From Paraspadella gotoi (lineage: Eukaryota > Animalia > Chaetognatha): a DNA stretch of 19,693 nt. The position numbers were made by a program, and so were the translations under genes. The stretch's first letter is position 1. Each line of letters begins with the position of its first letter. Shown in pieces: positions 1 to 11,400 of this stretch. The notes below the pieces were generated by a model. The model was not told the DNA's origin. It did not search any database and saw nothing but the letters and a program-made list of their open reading frames with translations. Where the stretch lies: the NCBI GenBank assembly GCA_051294375.1, contig JBJCIZ010000170.1, positions 1 through 19,693 of the forward strand, given 5' to 3'.

Positions 1-360
1 AACAGTCGAGAGATCGATGCAAAGCTGCATTACGCATAAGACGCGTAATATCAAGACAAAAGATAAAAAATTTTGAGAATAGACATTTGGCCTTAAATAA
101 ACAAACGAAAACAAGGGAAGTTATTAACACGAAAGGAGAGGAAAGTCAAACAAGTGACTGAAATCATAATGTAATGAAAAGGGAAAAAGAAAAAGAGGAA
201 AAAGACAAAAAAAAAAAAAAAAAGCCTGGGGCGAGAAAGAAACATGAAATAGAATTACTCGGAGGAGAAGAAAGATAAAAGTAGAACAATAAAAAAGAAA
301 GATGCATTTGATTTAGAAAGAAAAAAAGGGGGAAATAAGGTAATAAAGAGAAAAAAAAAG

Positions 361-534
361 GGCGTGAATATCATCGCTTGCGGCTTCGGTGAGGCCATCC
401 TTAATATTCCGACGCATACTGCCCAAACATTCGCCCGCTTGCTTACGAGCCGTATTGAGGAGTATAGAAAGCTGCTTGGCGTAGAAGTTTATATAACATA
501 TGACTCAGACTATGACGACTGGACTTTTATATAA
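361..534 (+). CDS. Possible terminal exon or gene fragment, unknown product
   Basis: Complex island in an A-rich background; reads GVNIIACGFGEAILNIPTHTAQTFARLLTSRIEEYRKLLGVEVYITYDSDYDDWTFI* (frame open from 253, no ATG). Family not recognised. Confidence 0.35.
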   Translation, partial: GVNIIACGFGEAILNIPTHTAQTFARLLTSRIEEYRKLLGVEVYITYDSDYDDWTFI

Positions 535-1087
535 AAGCTTTGCACTTAAGGTATATGAGTCGGTAGACGATTAATTTGTAAATCATGTCGTGGCCCATTA
601 GTTTCGACGCAATATTATTCATACTGCCCAATATTGATATTATTAGCAATGACAATAGATCATGTTTATTAGTGTTCAATTAGGTAGCGAAATATTGATA
701 ATGTTAATTGTACACTAACTAGAATACATATTTAGTTTCGTGTAGGAAGTCACAGTTGTTAATCAAAGAAAATCTGTATCAAGGAAAACAAAATTGGGAA
801 AAAAAAGATGAAAGAAAAATCAAATGGAAACAAAATTGATGGAGAGAAGAACAAAAATAGGAAAGGTCGGAATGAATCAAAGAAGAAAACATGAAAAAAA
901 TGAGAAAAACTCTTCATGAAATGGGAAAAAGAAGAAAACAAGAAAGAATATAAATAGTATATGTTACTATATTATATATAAATAATAAATATAAATGTGA
1001 GAGAGATCGTTAGACAAAGACGAAGGCTGATTTCGGAGCAAAAGCGATTATTTCATGAATTTTTTTCAGATTTCGATAAACTGCGAA

Positions 1088-1152
1088 CTCTCTCTCATCG
1101 TCTCTCTCTCTTCTCCTCTCTGCCTTCCTCTCCGTCTCTCTCTCTCTCTCTT
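1088..1152. repeat. Imperfect (CT)n microsatellite
   Basis: Directly visible. Confidence 0.9.
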
Positions 1153-1966
1153 TCCTTCTCCCCAAAATAAGTTACTTAAACACTTTTCCGTTTTTTTCAA
1201 AAACATTTCTTTTGAAGGTTTTTCTTTTCCACACAATTTTTACGATTTTCTTGTCTTTGTTTACAGTTTCGCTTGTTCGAAGCTTTTACAATTTCTCTCT
1301 GTTTACAATTTTGTCCAACCGATTTCATTTTTTTTCAAGTCGTATATCATCTATCTGGTATAGAGACCTTTAGAAAAGTCATCTCAATATTTTTTTTTCT
1401 AAGGAAGCTTTGTTTTATTTATATTATTTTCTATCCAGTTTTAATCGCCAACACACTTTAATATTAATAAAATACTACTGGTCTGAATCATCTCATTCTC
1501 TCGTCGATTCATTCAGTGCATAACTTTTTTTGTTTCCATTAGATCTCCTTCCTCCTTTCTTCTTTGCTCCACGGGATTAGACAAGGATGGCACCCGGAGA
1601 TGCGTTTATTGGTTCTAAGCGCAGAAACGAGCAACATCCGCAAGTCCGTTGCCACCTCTTACCTACTTTTTCACTTAAGCGATTTTCGTCGTTGATGATT
1701 CTGTTTACCCATACTACTTGTCGCGTGATTTTTTATTTTCTCACGATCCACTCTTTTTCTCTCATTTTTGATCCATTTTTTATTTTTTACGATCCAACCT
1801 TTTCTCTCCCTTCCACTGCGTTATTTACTACCGTTTAAAAAAAAAAATAGTTATAGAGACTAACCGAGTTTCACAAAAAAATCAAGCACTATCTAAATTT
1901 GCGCAAAAAAAAAAAAAAGGTTTAAAATAACATTTTTTTCTAAGATTTAATTCGCATTTTGAAAAG

Positions 1967-2060
1967 ATTAATTCGCGCGCGTGAAGACTTGGAAAAGCAA
2001 GTGACGCCGTGGAAGGTTTGGATAAAAAACACTCGAGGACTTCAAAGACATCGCAAGACC
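1967..2060 (+). CDS. Possible exon fragment (LIRAREDLEKQVTPWKVWIKNTRGLQRHRK)
   Basis: Protein-like translation after a T-rich region and AAAG; the 3' boundary is lost in low-complexity sequence. Confidence 0.25.
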
Positions 2061-2370
2061 ACGACTGCCCACCCCCATCCCGCCTCTGCCCACACCACCA
2101 CCACCCAAACCTACCCACTTACCTGCGGAGAGTCTGAAGCCGACCTTCCGTGTCTCGACGCGACTGAGAACGGAAGTGGCGACGCAGCGCTTCCTTCGCC
2201 GTAGACGCTGTGGAGTCGGTGGGGTTGAGGGGTGAGTGAGTGGTGGAGTAAGTGGTAGGTGAGTTGGGTGATGTGGTGGTGGGCGAGTGGTAGGTAAGTC
2301 TGAGTGAGTGGTAAGTGGAGGAGCGACTGAAGGGTGGGTGGCGTGGTGGGTGAGGCGCGAGGGTAAGAAT
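2060..2370. repeat. Low-complexity CCA-rich tract (2060-2122) and oppositely oriented GGT/GAGTGGT-rich tract (2218-2370)
   Basis: Recurrent GTGAGTGGT / GTAAGTGG / GGTAGGT words on the right and complementary CCACC / CCTACCCACTTACC words on the left. Confidence 0.6.
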
Positions 2371-2445
2371 GGGTAGGGATAGATGGAGAGAAAATAAAGT
2401 TAACCCTTCTCGAATACTAATGACGAAGATTCAAATGCTCATCAG

Positions 2446-2710
2446 TCTTCACATTCATCATCATCATCATCTTCTCATTCATCATCATCATCTTCACATT
2501 ATCATCATCATCTTCACATTCATCATCATCATCATCATCATCATCTTCCATTCATCATCATCTTCACATTCATCATCATCATCCTTCACATCATCATCAT
2601 TATCTTCACATTCATCATCATCATCTCACACTCATCATCAATCATCATCTTCACATCATCATCATCATCATCTTCACATTCATACTTCATCATCTTCACA
2701 TTCATCATCG
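2446..2710 (+). repeat. Minisatellite, unit about TCTTCACAT(TCA)4-5, roughly a dozen copies; possibly coding (SSHSSSS)n
   Basis: Units are visible; the leading frame reads SNTNDEDSNAHQSSHSSSSS and the trailing frame ends SSHSSSSPPTS* at 2728. Confidence 0.85.
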
Positions 2711-3386
2711 TCACCACCAACGTCATAGTCGAATGTCATAAAAATTGTGAAGTCGTATTAATTCTCTCAGATTGCACAAAACGTCGATCAAGAGTCACCT
2801 GGAAATTGAATTTCCTCTTCCTACCTTTGCTCCTTTTAATCTTGCTTACCTTTTCACCCTATCATCTATGACTCTGCCCCCCCTGCTACTTTCTCCTCCC
2901 CCCCCCCTCTTACAGCGAGGGGGCGTCTAATGTCCTTCGACGGTTATTAACTCCTGCTGGAAGAAACTTCACTAGTTCCACTTTATCTAATCTAGGAGGG
3001 AAAAATTTATTTTTATAAATTAAATTAAATAAATAAATGAATAATAAATAAATAAATTAAATAATAAAATAAAATAAATAAAAATAAATTCATTTATTTA
3101 AAAAAATTTAGATATTTACTTTTAAACCAAAATTTTTTTTGACTGAAAAAAATTTATTTAATGCTTAAATACATACACAAAAATAATGGAAAAAAAATTA
3201 TTTTTTAGAACCTTGTTTCATTTAAACTAAATTTTTTCTCAAAATATTTAGATTTGAATAATGAAAGCTTAAAAACGATAGAGATACTTAAGCTTTGTTT
3301 AATAAATTGGTGTTGGAACTAATCGCAGAAGCCAGACGTGTCAGGTTTTCCAATCACGGCACCAATCTCGTTGGGAGACGTTGAAA

Positions 3387-3970
3387 GCTTTGATGAAGCT
3401 GAAGGTGGGAGAGAAGATAAGAAGAGAAGATTAGAGGGGAGCAGGGGACAAAAGAGAGAGAAGAGAAGAGAAGAGAAGAGAAGAGAAGGCTTTGATGAAG
3501 CTGAGGTGGGGGAGAGAAGAGAGATGAGAGGGGGACAAAGAAGAGAAGAGAAGCAGAGAGAGAGAAGGCTTTGATGAAGCTGAGGTGGGGAGAGAAGAGA
3601 GATGAGAGGGGAGAGGGGGAAAAAGAAGAAGGGAAGAGAAGAGAAGAGAAGAGAAGAGAGAAGATAAGCTTTGATGAAGTTAGATGTGGGAGAGAAGAGA
3701 GATGGGAGCGGAGAGGGGGATAAAAGAGAAGAGAACAGAAGAGAAGAAAGGTAGGAGGGGAGAGGGAAAGAGAAAGAGAAGAGAAGAAGAGAAGAGAAGA
3801 GAAGAGAAGAGAGAGAAGAGAAGAGAAGAGAAAAGAAATAAAAGAAAAGAAAAGAATGGAGAGAGAGAAGAGAAGAGAAGAGAAGAGAAGAGAAAAGAGA
3901 AGACAGGGGGAGAGAAAGAGAAGAGAAAAGAACTAGAGAAGAAAAGAAAAGAAAGAAAAAGAAAAGTAGA
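3387..3970. repeat. Purine-rich minisatellite: four copies of GCTTTGATGAAG(C/T)T..GTGGG.GAGAGAAGA followed by (AGAAG)n, then a long GA-only tract
   Basis: Anchor motif at 3387, 3489, 3568 and 3668 (spacing 102, 79, 100). Confidence 0.9.
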
Positions 3971-3996
3971 GAAGAGTTTAATCTCAGCAACTCCAC

Positions 3997-4243
3997 CTGT
4001 ACGTATATTATCGACCTTCCATCGAAAACGAAATCAATTCTCTGTTTTGTGATCGCGCCAAATCTGCGTCAACCAAAAACGCCCGCACTGTGAACTTCCT
4101 GCTTCAAACTGAATCGCACTGATTCCTTGCTGCCGTCAATGCCGAGTAGCGCCAAATGCGCCATAGCTGCGCCATATCGACGACCAGTCATTGATTTCAA
4201 TGAATACCGGGAGAAGCTCTAAAGCGTTGACAACTGTCGCTGA
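3997..4243 (-). CDS. Possible exon, frame-disrupted
   Basis: TTTCCTTTTTTTAG acceptor before 4243 and CAG|GTGGAG after 3997; the sequence is complex, but no single open frame spans it. Confidence 0.2.
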
Positions 4244-4334
4244 CTAAAAAAAGGAAACTAAACATCATTTTTTAAAATGAATCATTTTCCGACTTTTTTC
4301 CTCTTTTTCCCCCCCGCGCCTCATCTTTCAAAAG

Positions 4335-4484
4335 ATAAGCGATAACAGGCGAAGCAACAGACGCAGCGGCAGCGGTGTATCAACCTCCGCAGCCGGGCAG
4401 TATCGGCCTCCGCCGCAGGCAGCGAGCCGAATCGCGCAGCTGCACAAAGCACAATCGTTATCCCTCCGCCGTCGGGTTAATCGG
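4335..4484 (+). CDS. Possible 150-nt internal exon (ISDNRRSNRRSGSGVSTSAAGQYRPPPQAASRIAQLHKAQSLSLRRRVNR)
   Basis: GC-rich island, pyrimidine tract + AAAG upstream, CGG|GTAATC donor, exact multiple of three and open throughout. Confidence 0.3.
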
Positions 4485-4682
4485 GTAATCCGTTTAAACA
4501 TTATATGTCCATTTGTATTCGTCTATCCGTTTATTACTTAAAACTCTTGGATTCGGTTTGAATTATTGAGAGGAAGCGCGACCGATGTTTAGCTCAAAAC
4601 GACGTAAAAATGGAGAAGTTATCATCTTTCGACTTCCCCCTCGCCGCCTGACCACCCAACTCTCGCGCGCTATCTTACTCAC

Positions 4683-4773
4683 TTAGCGGCGCTTGCCCAA
4701 CCTTATACGGGCGCCGCCCGCCCCCACCGGCGCCGTTTCCATCTACGGCGTCGATCTCATCGATTCTCAAACT
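4683..4773 (-). CDS. Possible 91-nt exon (SLRIDEIDAVDGNGAGGGGRRPYKVGQAPL)
   Basis: Long T-rich tract + TTTTTGCCTCCAG acceptor and a consensus GTGAGT donor (4682-4677). Confidence 0.35.
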
Positions 4774-4789
4774 CTGGAGGCAAAAACCA

Positions 4790-5230
4790 CAACGACGGAA
4801 AAAAAAACGAGGTAAACAACGGAAGAAAACGAAAAAAAAAAGAGAAAAAACAGACGAAAAAAGAAAAAAAAAACAGAGAAAATATACAAAAAAAGAAAAA
4901 AAACAGAGAAAACAGACAAATAAAGAAATAGAAAAAACAGAGAAACCAGACGAAAAAACAAGAAAATATACAAATAAGAATAAACAGAAAAAACAGAAAA
5001 CAGACCAAAAAAACAGAGAAACAGACAAAAAATAAGAAACAAAAAAAGAAAACAAAAAAGGAGCGAAACTGGTGTTGATGTTGACTCTCTCGATGTCATA
5101 ATAACATCTCTCTGTCTCTGTTCTCTGTCTGCTCTCTCTCTCTCCTCTGTCTCTTGCTCTCTCTCTCTCTCTCTCATCTCTCGTCTCTCTCTCTCTCTCT
5201 CTTCTCTTCTCTCCTCCTCTCTCTCTCTCG
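4790..5230. repeat. Degenerate A-rich tandem repeat (AAAACAGAGAAAA/ACAGAC units, 4790-5060) followed by a (CT)n microsatellite (5106-5230)
   Basis: Directly visible. Confidence 0.8.
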
Positions 5231-5971
5231 TTAATCCTCCTTTTTCCCCTCACGATCAAAAGGATTCTGCACTATATAACAGGTGGCAATATCGCTGTCG
5301 TCGTCATCATCTTCGTCGTCGTTGTCGTCGTTGTCGTCGTATCTGCAAGCGCTCTATGTAAAATAGAAACTATAAGAGCCCATAGGAATACGAACTGCTC
5401 AGTGGAAAACGAGGAAAAATCATTTTTAAAAGAAATCCTTTAAGAAGGATTTTCCGTAAAATGAAAAAAAAAAACAATATTTGTCATCTTCCGTAGGTTT
5501 AATACTAACGCCTGAAATTAAAGGCATTGTAATGTGTAACTATTTCTAATTATAAAAACAGTTGTTCGTATAATCATTATGTATGCATAATATAATTTAT
5601 TTTTAACGATTAGATTTATTTGTGTAATTTACTAGGCTTATTCTATGTTATTATAACATATTTTTAAACACCAGGTGGCGGTCAAAAAGACGACGACGAC
5701 GACGACGATGAGACCTCTGCTAAAACCGTTAGTGGCCAGAGGAAATTTGGTTACACAACTCTCATGGTAGTATTGACTGTTTCTACCTATTTCGATTGTT
5801 ATTGTTGTTACCTTGATTATAATTTCTATAAACGTTACAATCCAAAGTTAAAATAAGAAGTTGTTAATTGTTACTCAACTTCTACAATCGACACGGCCCC
5901 GCTTCACTTGGGCTATCGAAGTTGTGAAACTTATTTGTTTTGAATAGAATATTGATTAGAATATTGATAAA

Positions 5972-5973
<2 letters not shown>

Positions 5974-6023
<50 letters not shown>

Positions 6024-6042
6024 TCTCTCTCGTCTCTTCTCT
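5974..6042. repeat. (CT)n microsatellite
   Basis: Directly visible. Confidence 0.95.
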
Positions 6043-7065
6043 ATTCGCAGCTGCGATTTCTACTCCGAAAAGAAAGTCTCACTCGGCGTGCTTCGTTTCG
6101 ACGCGACTTTTTTAAGGAAAAATCTATGTGACTCAAGTCTGTCTTTATTTCTATCTTCTTTCTTTCTTTCTTTTTTTCTTTCTCTTTACTTTTCTGGGTC
6201 CTGTTCTTGTTTTTCTTTCTTGCTTTTTGCTTTCTTCATTCTTTCTTTTATCAAGTGACATCGTTTTTTCTTTTAATTTTAATTTGTTTTGTTCTCATTC
6301 TATTATATTTTTCCGACATATTTCATAATTTCTAAAAAGTTTGAGAAATTCCTTTCTTTTCCTTTTTTTCACACAAAAAAAAATCTCCGGTGGTCTGTAT
6401 ATTTTAAACAAATGCCGCGAGTTCACGGTTTTCACTGACGTGAGACATATTAAATAAATGTAACATCTTCAACTGATAATAACTCTTAAAATTTAAGTTT
6501 AAATCAAGTTGATTGCAATGTATCAATATAACTTAAATTCATCTCCCTAAAATTATAAACTACCACTCACCAATACGGAACCACTCGCGCACCACTCACC
6601 GACACTCAACCCAATCTAAGAATCACTGAAACCATCAACCGGATGAAACCCGGATGTCACCACAACCCCACTGAACATTAATTAGACGAAAGGATCCTTC
6701 GCTCGGGCCATCGACTAGCGTCGGCGGGCGTCGGACTAATCACGCAAATCGTTCAAATGACGCGCCCTTTTGTTCATCCAGTGTTCTCATCTTGTCAACT
6801 CGTCATTGTTGACCTTTGTCCTCTCGCCGTTGTCAGGGCGTATTGTCATCTTCCTGTTGTTACCGTTTGTAACATTGTGTTACCTTTAGTGATCCTGACA
6901 TTTCCATCAAAATCTCCCTTCAATAATTTGTTAGGTGGTATTTCAGATGGTCGTAGTCACCTTATTAATTTGGTCACTGTCACACATTCTTCATTAATTC
7001 ATTCATTTATTATAAATTATTTAATTAATTATTTAATTATATTCATTCCTCTTTGCATGACTCAC

Positions 7066-7126
7066 CTGAGGCGCCGTCCTGCCGACAAGCGCCGTCCCGG
7101 CCGGACGCTTCCTCAGATCCGCCAGT
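7066..7126 (-). CDS. Possible short exon (LADLRKRPAGTALVGRTAPQ in one frame)
   Basis: GC-rich island with a perfect CAG|GTGAGT donor (7065-7060) and CTAATCCAG upstream, preceded by a (CT)n pyrimidine tract on the minus strand. Confidence 0.35.
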
Positions 7127-7157
7127 CTGGATTAGTTCTTTTCGCTGACAATGATTA

Positions 7158-7538
7158 GAGAGAGAGAGAGATAGAGAGAGAGAGAGGGAACGAGAATAGA
7201 GAGAAGAGAGAAGAGAGACGAGAGAGAGCAGAGAGAGAGAGAGAGATGAGGAGAGAGACGAGAGAAGAGTAAGGAGAGGGAGTAAAAGGAGAAAGGGGTA
7301 GAAAGAGCAGGAAAGATAAAATATAGATATACCACTATATTTCATATTTATTGTTTGCACTTGCCTTTGATACTTTGAGCTCGTAGTTTTCTTTTTGTGA
7401 AATTGGAAATGTTTTTTAATGTAAGAATGGCACTCTGCTGAGATTGAAAAGGTAAATTACACGTGACTGATTTAGATATTAGATGGGCGAAAGGGGGAGG
7501 AAATGAGAGAGAGAGAGAGGAGAGAGGAGAAAGGAAGA

Positions 7539-7571
<33 letters not shown>

Positions 7572-7628
7572 GAGAGAGAGAGATGAGAGAGAGAGGAGAG
7601 AGAGAGAGAGACAGAGAGGAGAGAGAGA
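7158..7628. repeat. Two imperfect (GA)n microsatellites (7158-7310 and 7505-7628)
   Basis: Directly visible. Confidence 0.9.
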
Positions 7629-7952
7629 ATTCAATCAGTCTCCTTTCATTCGTTTTTAATCACATAAAAAACTCCGAAACTTAAAAACCGAAAAAACTCA
7701 AATCGAAATTCCGGCGATCGAACGAAAAAAAAATCGGATTCTTGAAACGCGTTAAAAAGCCCCCTTACATCCGGGAGAAGGCGGGTGCACGGGGAAATGA
7801 CGGATGGGAAATGAATCGGTTCGACCCGGCGAGAGTGTAGGGCGAAGGAAAATGAAAGCGAGACGAGGAAATAAATTTTCGGATAACGAAACCCGCCTCC
7901 AATTTTTGTAAAGGGGGTAAGGCCTCAACTCGTCGTAAATATTTCATGGACG

Positions 7953-8012
7953 TGATTGGCTGGATTGCTCGTTACGTCATAGAGCGTAGTCTGAAATTAT
8001 TGCAACTCAGTT
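7953..8012 (+). promoter_or_regulatory. Candidate Pol II promoter: reverse CCAAT box, CRE/ATF-like site, initiator
   Basis: TGATTGGCT (AGCCAATCA on the minus strand) 7953-7961; TTACGTCA 7972-7979; TCAGTT (Inr consensus TCAKTY) 8007-8012; CAG|GTGAAA donor at 8023/8024. Confidence 0.4.
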
Positions 8013-8237
8013 AAACAATTCAGGTGAAACAAACAAAACAGAGAAAATATCGAAATATCCGTCAGAAGTGATAAGAATTTTTTTTTTTTTTCACATCTGA
8101 TCCTCGTTTCACTCAGATTTTAAAAAAAGAGCCAATTCGACAAGGAAAAAATTTAAAAAAAAAAAATATCAGGGCGAGAAAGACTCAAGACTTGAGCTCG
8201 TTGTGCAAATCTCGCAGACTCGCTGGGTTTTTGAAGG

Positions 8238-8284
8238 ATGGCACGGGAGCGGTGTTCTCGGTGCCAGTCGGCCACAATGGAGAT
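8238..8284 (+). CDS. Possible first coding exon segment MARERCSRCQSATME (CxxC knuckle); exon would span 8173-8284
   Basis: CAG acceptor ending 8172, ATG at 8238 and GTGAAT donor at 8285, downstream of the candidate promoter. An alternative open frame (GEKDSRLELVVQISQTRWVFEGW...) also exists. Confidence 0.25.
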
Positions 8285-8320
8285 GTGAATTCAGTTTTTT
8301 TTGGCGCGAGTCCAATCATG

Positions 8321-8371
<51 letters not shown>

Positions 8372-8420
8372 TCTTCTTCTTCTCTTCTCTCTCTCTCTCT
8401 CTCTCTCGCGTCTCCTCTTA
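8321..8420. repeat. (CT)n microsatellite
   Basis: Directly visible. Confidence 0.95.
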
Positions 8421-11400
8421 TCGTGCCTGCCTCTCCTCTAGACTCCGGTATGCGTATAAGCGTCATGCGTCTCTCTCTAACATAGCGCTGCGCTCTCGCG
8501 TCCTAGCTATCGCTCTGACTCACGTACACATCTCCTCTATCTACATCTCACCATATCTCTGCTCGACTATCCGCCTCTCTTCCTTCCTCCTACCTTCCCG
8601 CCGTGAATGCGAAACTCAAAGACACATCGCTTGGGGAGAGCGACCATGATCCTATCGCGACTCCATCGCATCGTACCCGCCCGACAGTGTGGCCGTGTGC
8701 CCTGTGATCGCATCACGCATATGTTACGATAACTGTGAGCCGCAGCTGCAATGGACTTAGAAAGCGATCTGAGCACGAGGTTAATGCACGTGACCCCCTT
8801 CCTTCGTACAGCCGTACAGATAACAGCAGCTGAGCGCTCGCTGCTCGCTCGATGGCTCGCTGCATGGAGTGGAAACCGTCTGCGCCGCCGCACACATCTT
8901 GAGGAGGAAGTGGCATCGGAGTGCGGTAAGAGGCAGGGAGAGTCTGGTGCTACGCTGAGAAGGGTAGAATGCAGGGACGGCTGACCGGGAGAAGAATCTG
9001 GAGCGGCGATCCATGATCTGTGGGCACGTATACGAGTCGCACGAATTGGAACAACGATAGATGGTACTACGGCGACGCGCTACCCGGTGAAATGCAAGAT
9101 GTGAGATCAATATCGACTTAGGATAGGACCGAACTGGAGCGTGGCCCCTGGACTGTAGAGTCACGAATCTCAATAACGCGGTACGCGTGAGATCACAGGC
9201 GCCGTACATACTCGATATAATAGACATAGCATAATACCACGTTATCTCTCTCAACACGCGCGCGTGTTAAAAATCTCGTGTGCGGCTTGTGTTAGGATCC
9301 CTATCCACTTATTGAATACTTAACATACGTGAAAATGACTGAGATGCTCCGGCAGTACCATGTATGCATATGCGTAATTGGACCGAACCGATGAGAACGC
9401 AATACTTACCCATGTGTGCATTGCTTGCAAGGCCGCCGAGAAGACACAAGTACAGGACGATCTGTGAGCGAAGCGTAATTCGTCCACTTATGGCGCCTGC
9501 CGATCCGACAGTACATATCACAATGATATCAGTTTCTCTATGCGGCATCTTATATATGTGCCTGCACACAGCCTCTAAGAGATGCGCATAACTCACCCAT
9601 GTGATTATCTGAATAGATAATACTATCACCTATTGTGATGATGGCGCATACCATATGCTATTATTGAAACACGAATATGCGGCTCACATAAATCACAAAC
9701 TAGATACTGAGCGCTGAACATATCGGCTCGTAGAAGACACTAATATCGTGCTCGTGGGCAGAACACTCCAACACCGATTCTCATTCTAGAAGCACGGAAC
9801 TGCAAACCTGGCTCGCGGTGAAACCATCTGACTACAGTTATGGCCTCACCGGTCTAATATCTCAACTGCATACAATCGGACATTATTCTCTCTCTCGACT
9901 CATAGACACACTCGAGCGTACCGTCATCTCTAAGGTAACGAGTCAACCGCTCAAATTGTGCACCACACTCGAAGCATCCACGAGAACTCTCGACATATAT
10001 AGATTGGCATGCTATATCACCACAGTACTGACACATCAGCCGTGTCGGCCAGATGCGGCTCGAAAGAGATTAGTGCTCGACGCAGAAGTTTCGGCGCCAA
10101 ATAGCCTGCGCCTAATTTTAAAGGCGAGTAAAATTTATAAAATCCATGCTTGACTTTAATCTTCCAAACACAGACTATGATGAGCGCGTGACACTGTCCA
10201 GTCTCTCTTCAGATGCAACAACACGCCATGGACCATCAGATATAGATGTGGCGAGTGATGGCTCGAACGCTTATACACTCCTCGACACATCCAACGGCAA
10301 TCGAGAAGTCCTTCACAGACATATATCGAACACCGTTATACTCAGATTATGAGAATATAATTTGCAAATATTACATAGCACACTCTACTTTGCTGGCGCG
10401 ATGCTAGAACACTCTATACTCGCTCAGATACTGCATCGTGTGGCAGCTTATAGGCATACAGATGATGTTACAATACGCACATAGTGCGGAACCTGCACAT
10501 GTCTGTATGCACTCAAACACATATATCCGCGGAAGCAACGACTCACACTCGAGACAATATAGCGCCTCGAGAGTCTACACGTCTCATATGACGCCATCGA
10601 TTTATATCGAATACACTGTTGTCAGTAACGTCACTCATGCTCGATCTGAGACATACGTATCCGGCTCCACTGCAATGCGCGTCCATCAGACTCGGCTGCT
10701 GCAGACTCGCACATAGGTGGGCATGAATACTCCATTGTACTAACATGTCATCCAAGTACGAGTGAGCAATAATAGATTCTCAACTACCTCGCTCATATAG
10801 ACGCGCGGACGACGAATATCGCACTTGTTCAGGTCACCTTCGGGTTGTATCAGCGTTCCTGATAGTACCTCAACACAGCTATCACATCGAGCATCGTTAA
10901 CACACATCTCCCTCTAATGATCATCATGAATGAGCAGACTTAAGTACCTTCATGGAGTCCTAAAGACATTTTCTCTTACTGTGATCAGTCACTATACCGC
11001 GCTCTGTAATCTGGATACGATTACTCTAGAGACTAAAATCATAGGATTAGTTCAAGTTCTGACAGTCTCAGATTAATCTTTAGCCTCTCTCTCCGTATCA
11101 TCTCTGTAGTACCATCTCCTCGTGAGTATTTATCGAGGCAGCTACCCCACTATAGTTCTATCTGACACACCACTCTTACGCCCTCTCTATATCAAATAAG
11201 TAGTCTCTGATCTGTTATTCTTTCCAGTCTCTAGTGATATATGCTTATCTATCTACATCTACACACTATTCCAGCCTACTGCAGACGTCCGCAATGCATA
11301 GCTGCTCGACGTGTCAAGATCATGAATAGCATCACCGCGTACTAATAGTGTACGTCATACTGTCGTTAGCTTATTCGCCCTGTGCCCCTAGCGCAGTGCC

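Noticed and set aside
759-1838. F/S/L-rich ORFs
   Set aside because: Their composition simply mirrors T-rich non-coding DNA; no protein-like features.
3387-3720. CRISPR-like repeat-spacer appearance
   Set aside because: The spacers are simple purine repeats rather than unique sequences, the context is eukaryotic and there are no cas genes.
3319-4052. Long ORFs (225 aa minus; 78 and 122 aa plus)
   Set aside because: They are translations of the GA/CT repeat (L/S/F- or R/E/K-only) and are open because the repeat lacks stop codons.
4675-5259. Three overlapping F-rich, membrane-like ORFs on the minus strand
   Set aside because: Products of a T-rich low-complexity tract and a microsatellite; only the last 91 nt were kept as an exon candidate.
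5496-5600. GGTTTAATAC... resembling the start of a nematode spliced-leader RNA gene
   Set aside because: Only 8 nt match SL1, there is no AG|GT donor at about +22, and no convincing Sm-binding site or stem-loops.
9253-9268. Perfect 16-bp palindrome AACACGCGCGCGTGTT
   Set aside because: Built on a CG dinucleotide stutter inside the noisy block; isolated and probably artefactual or chance.
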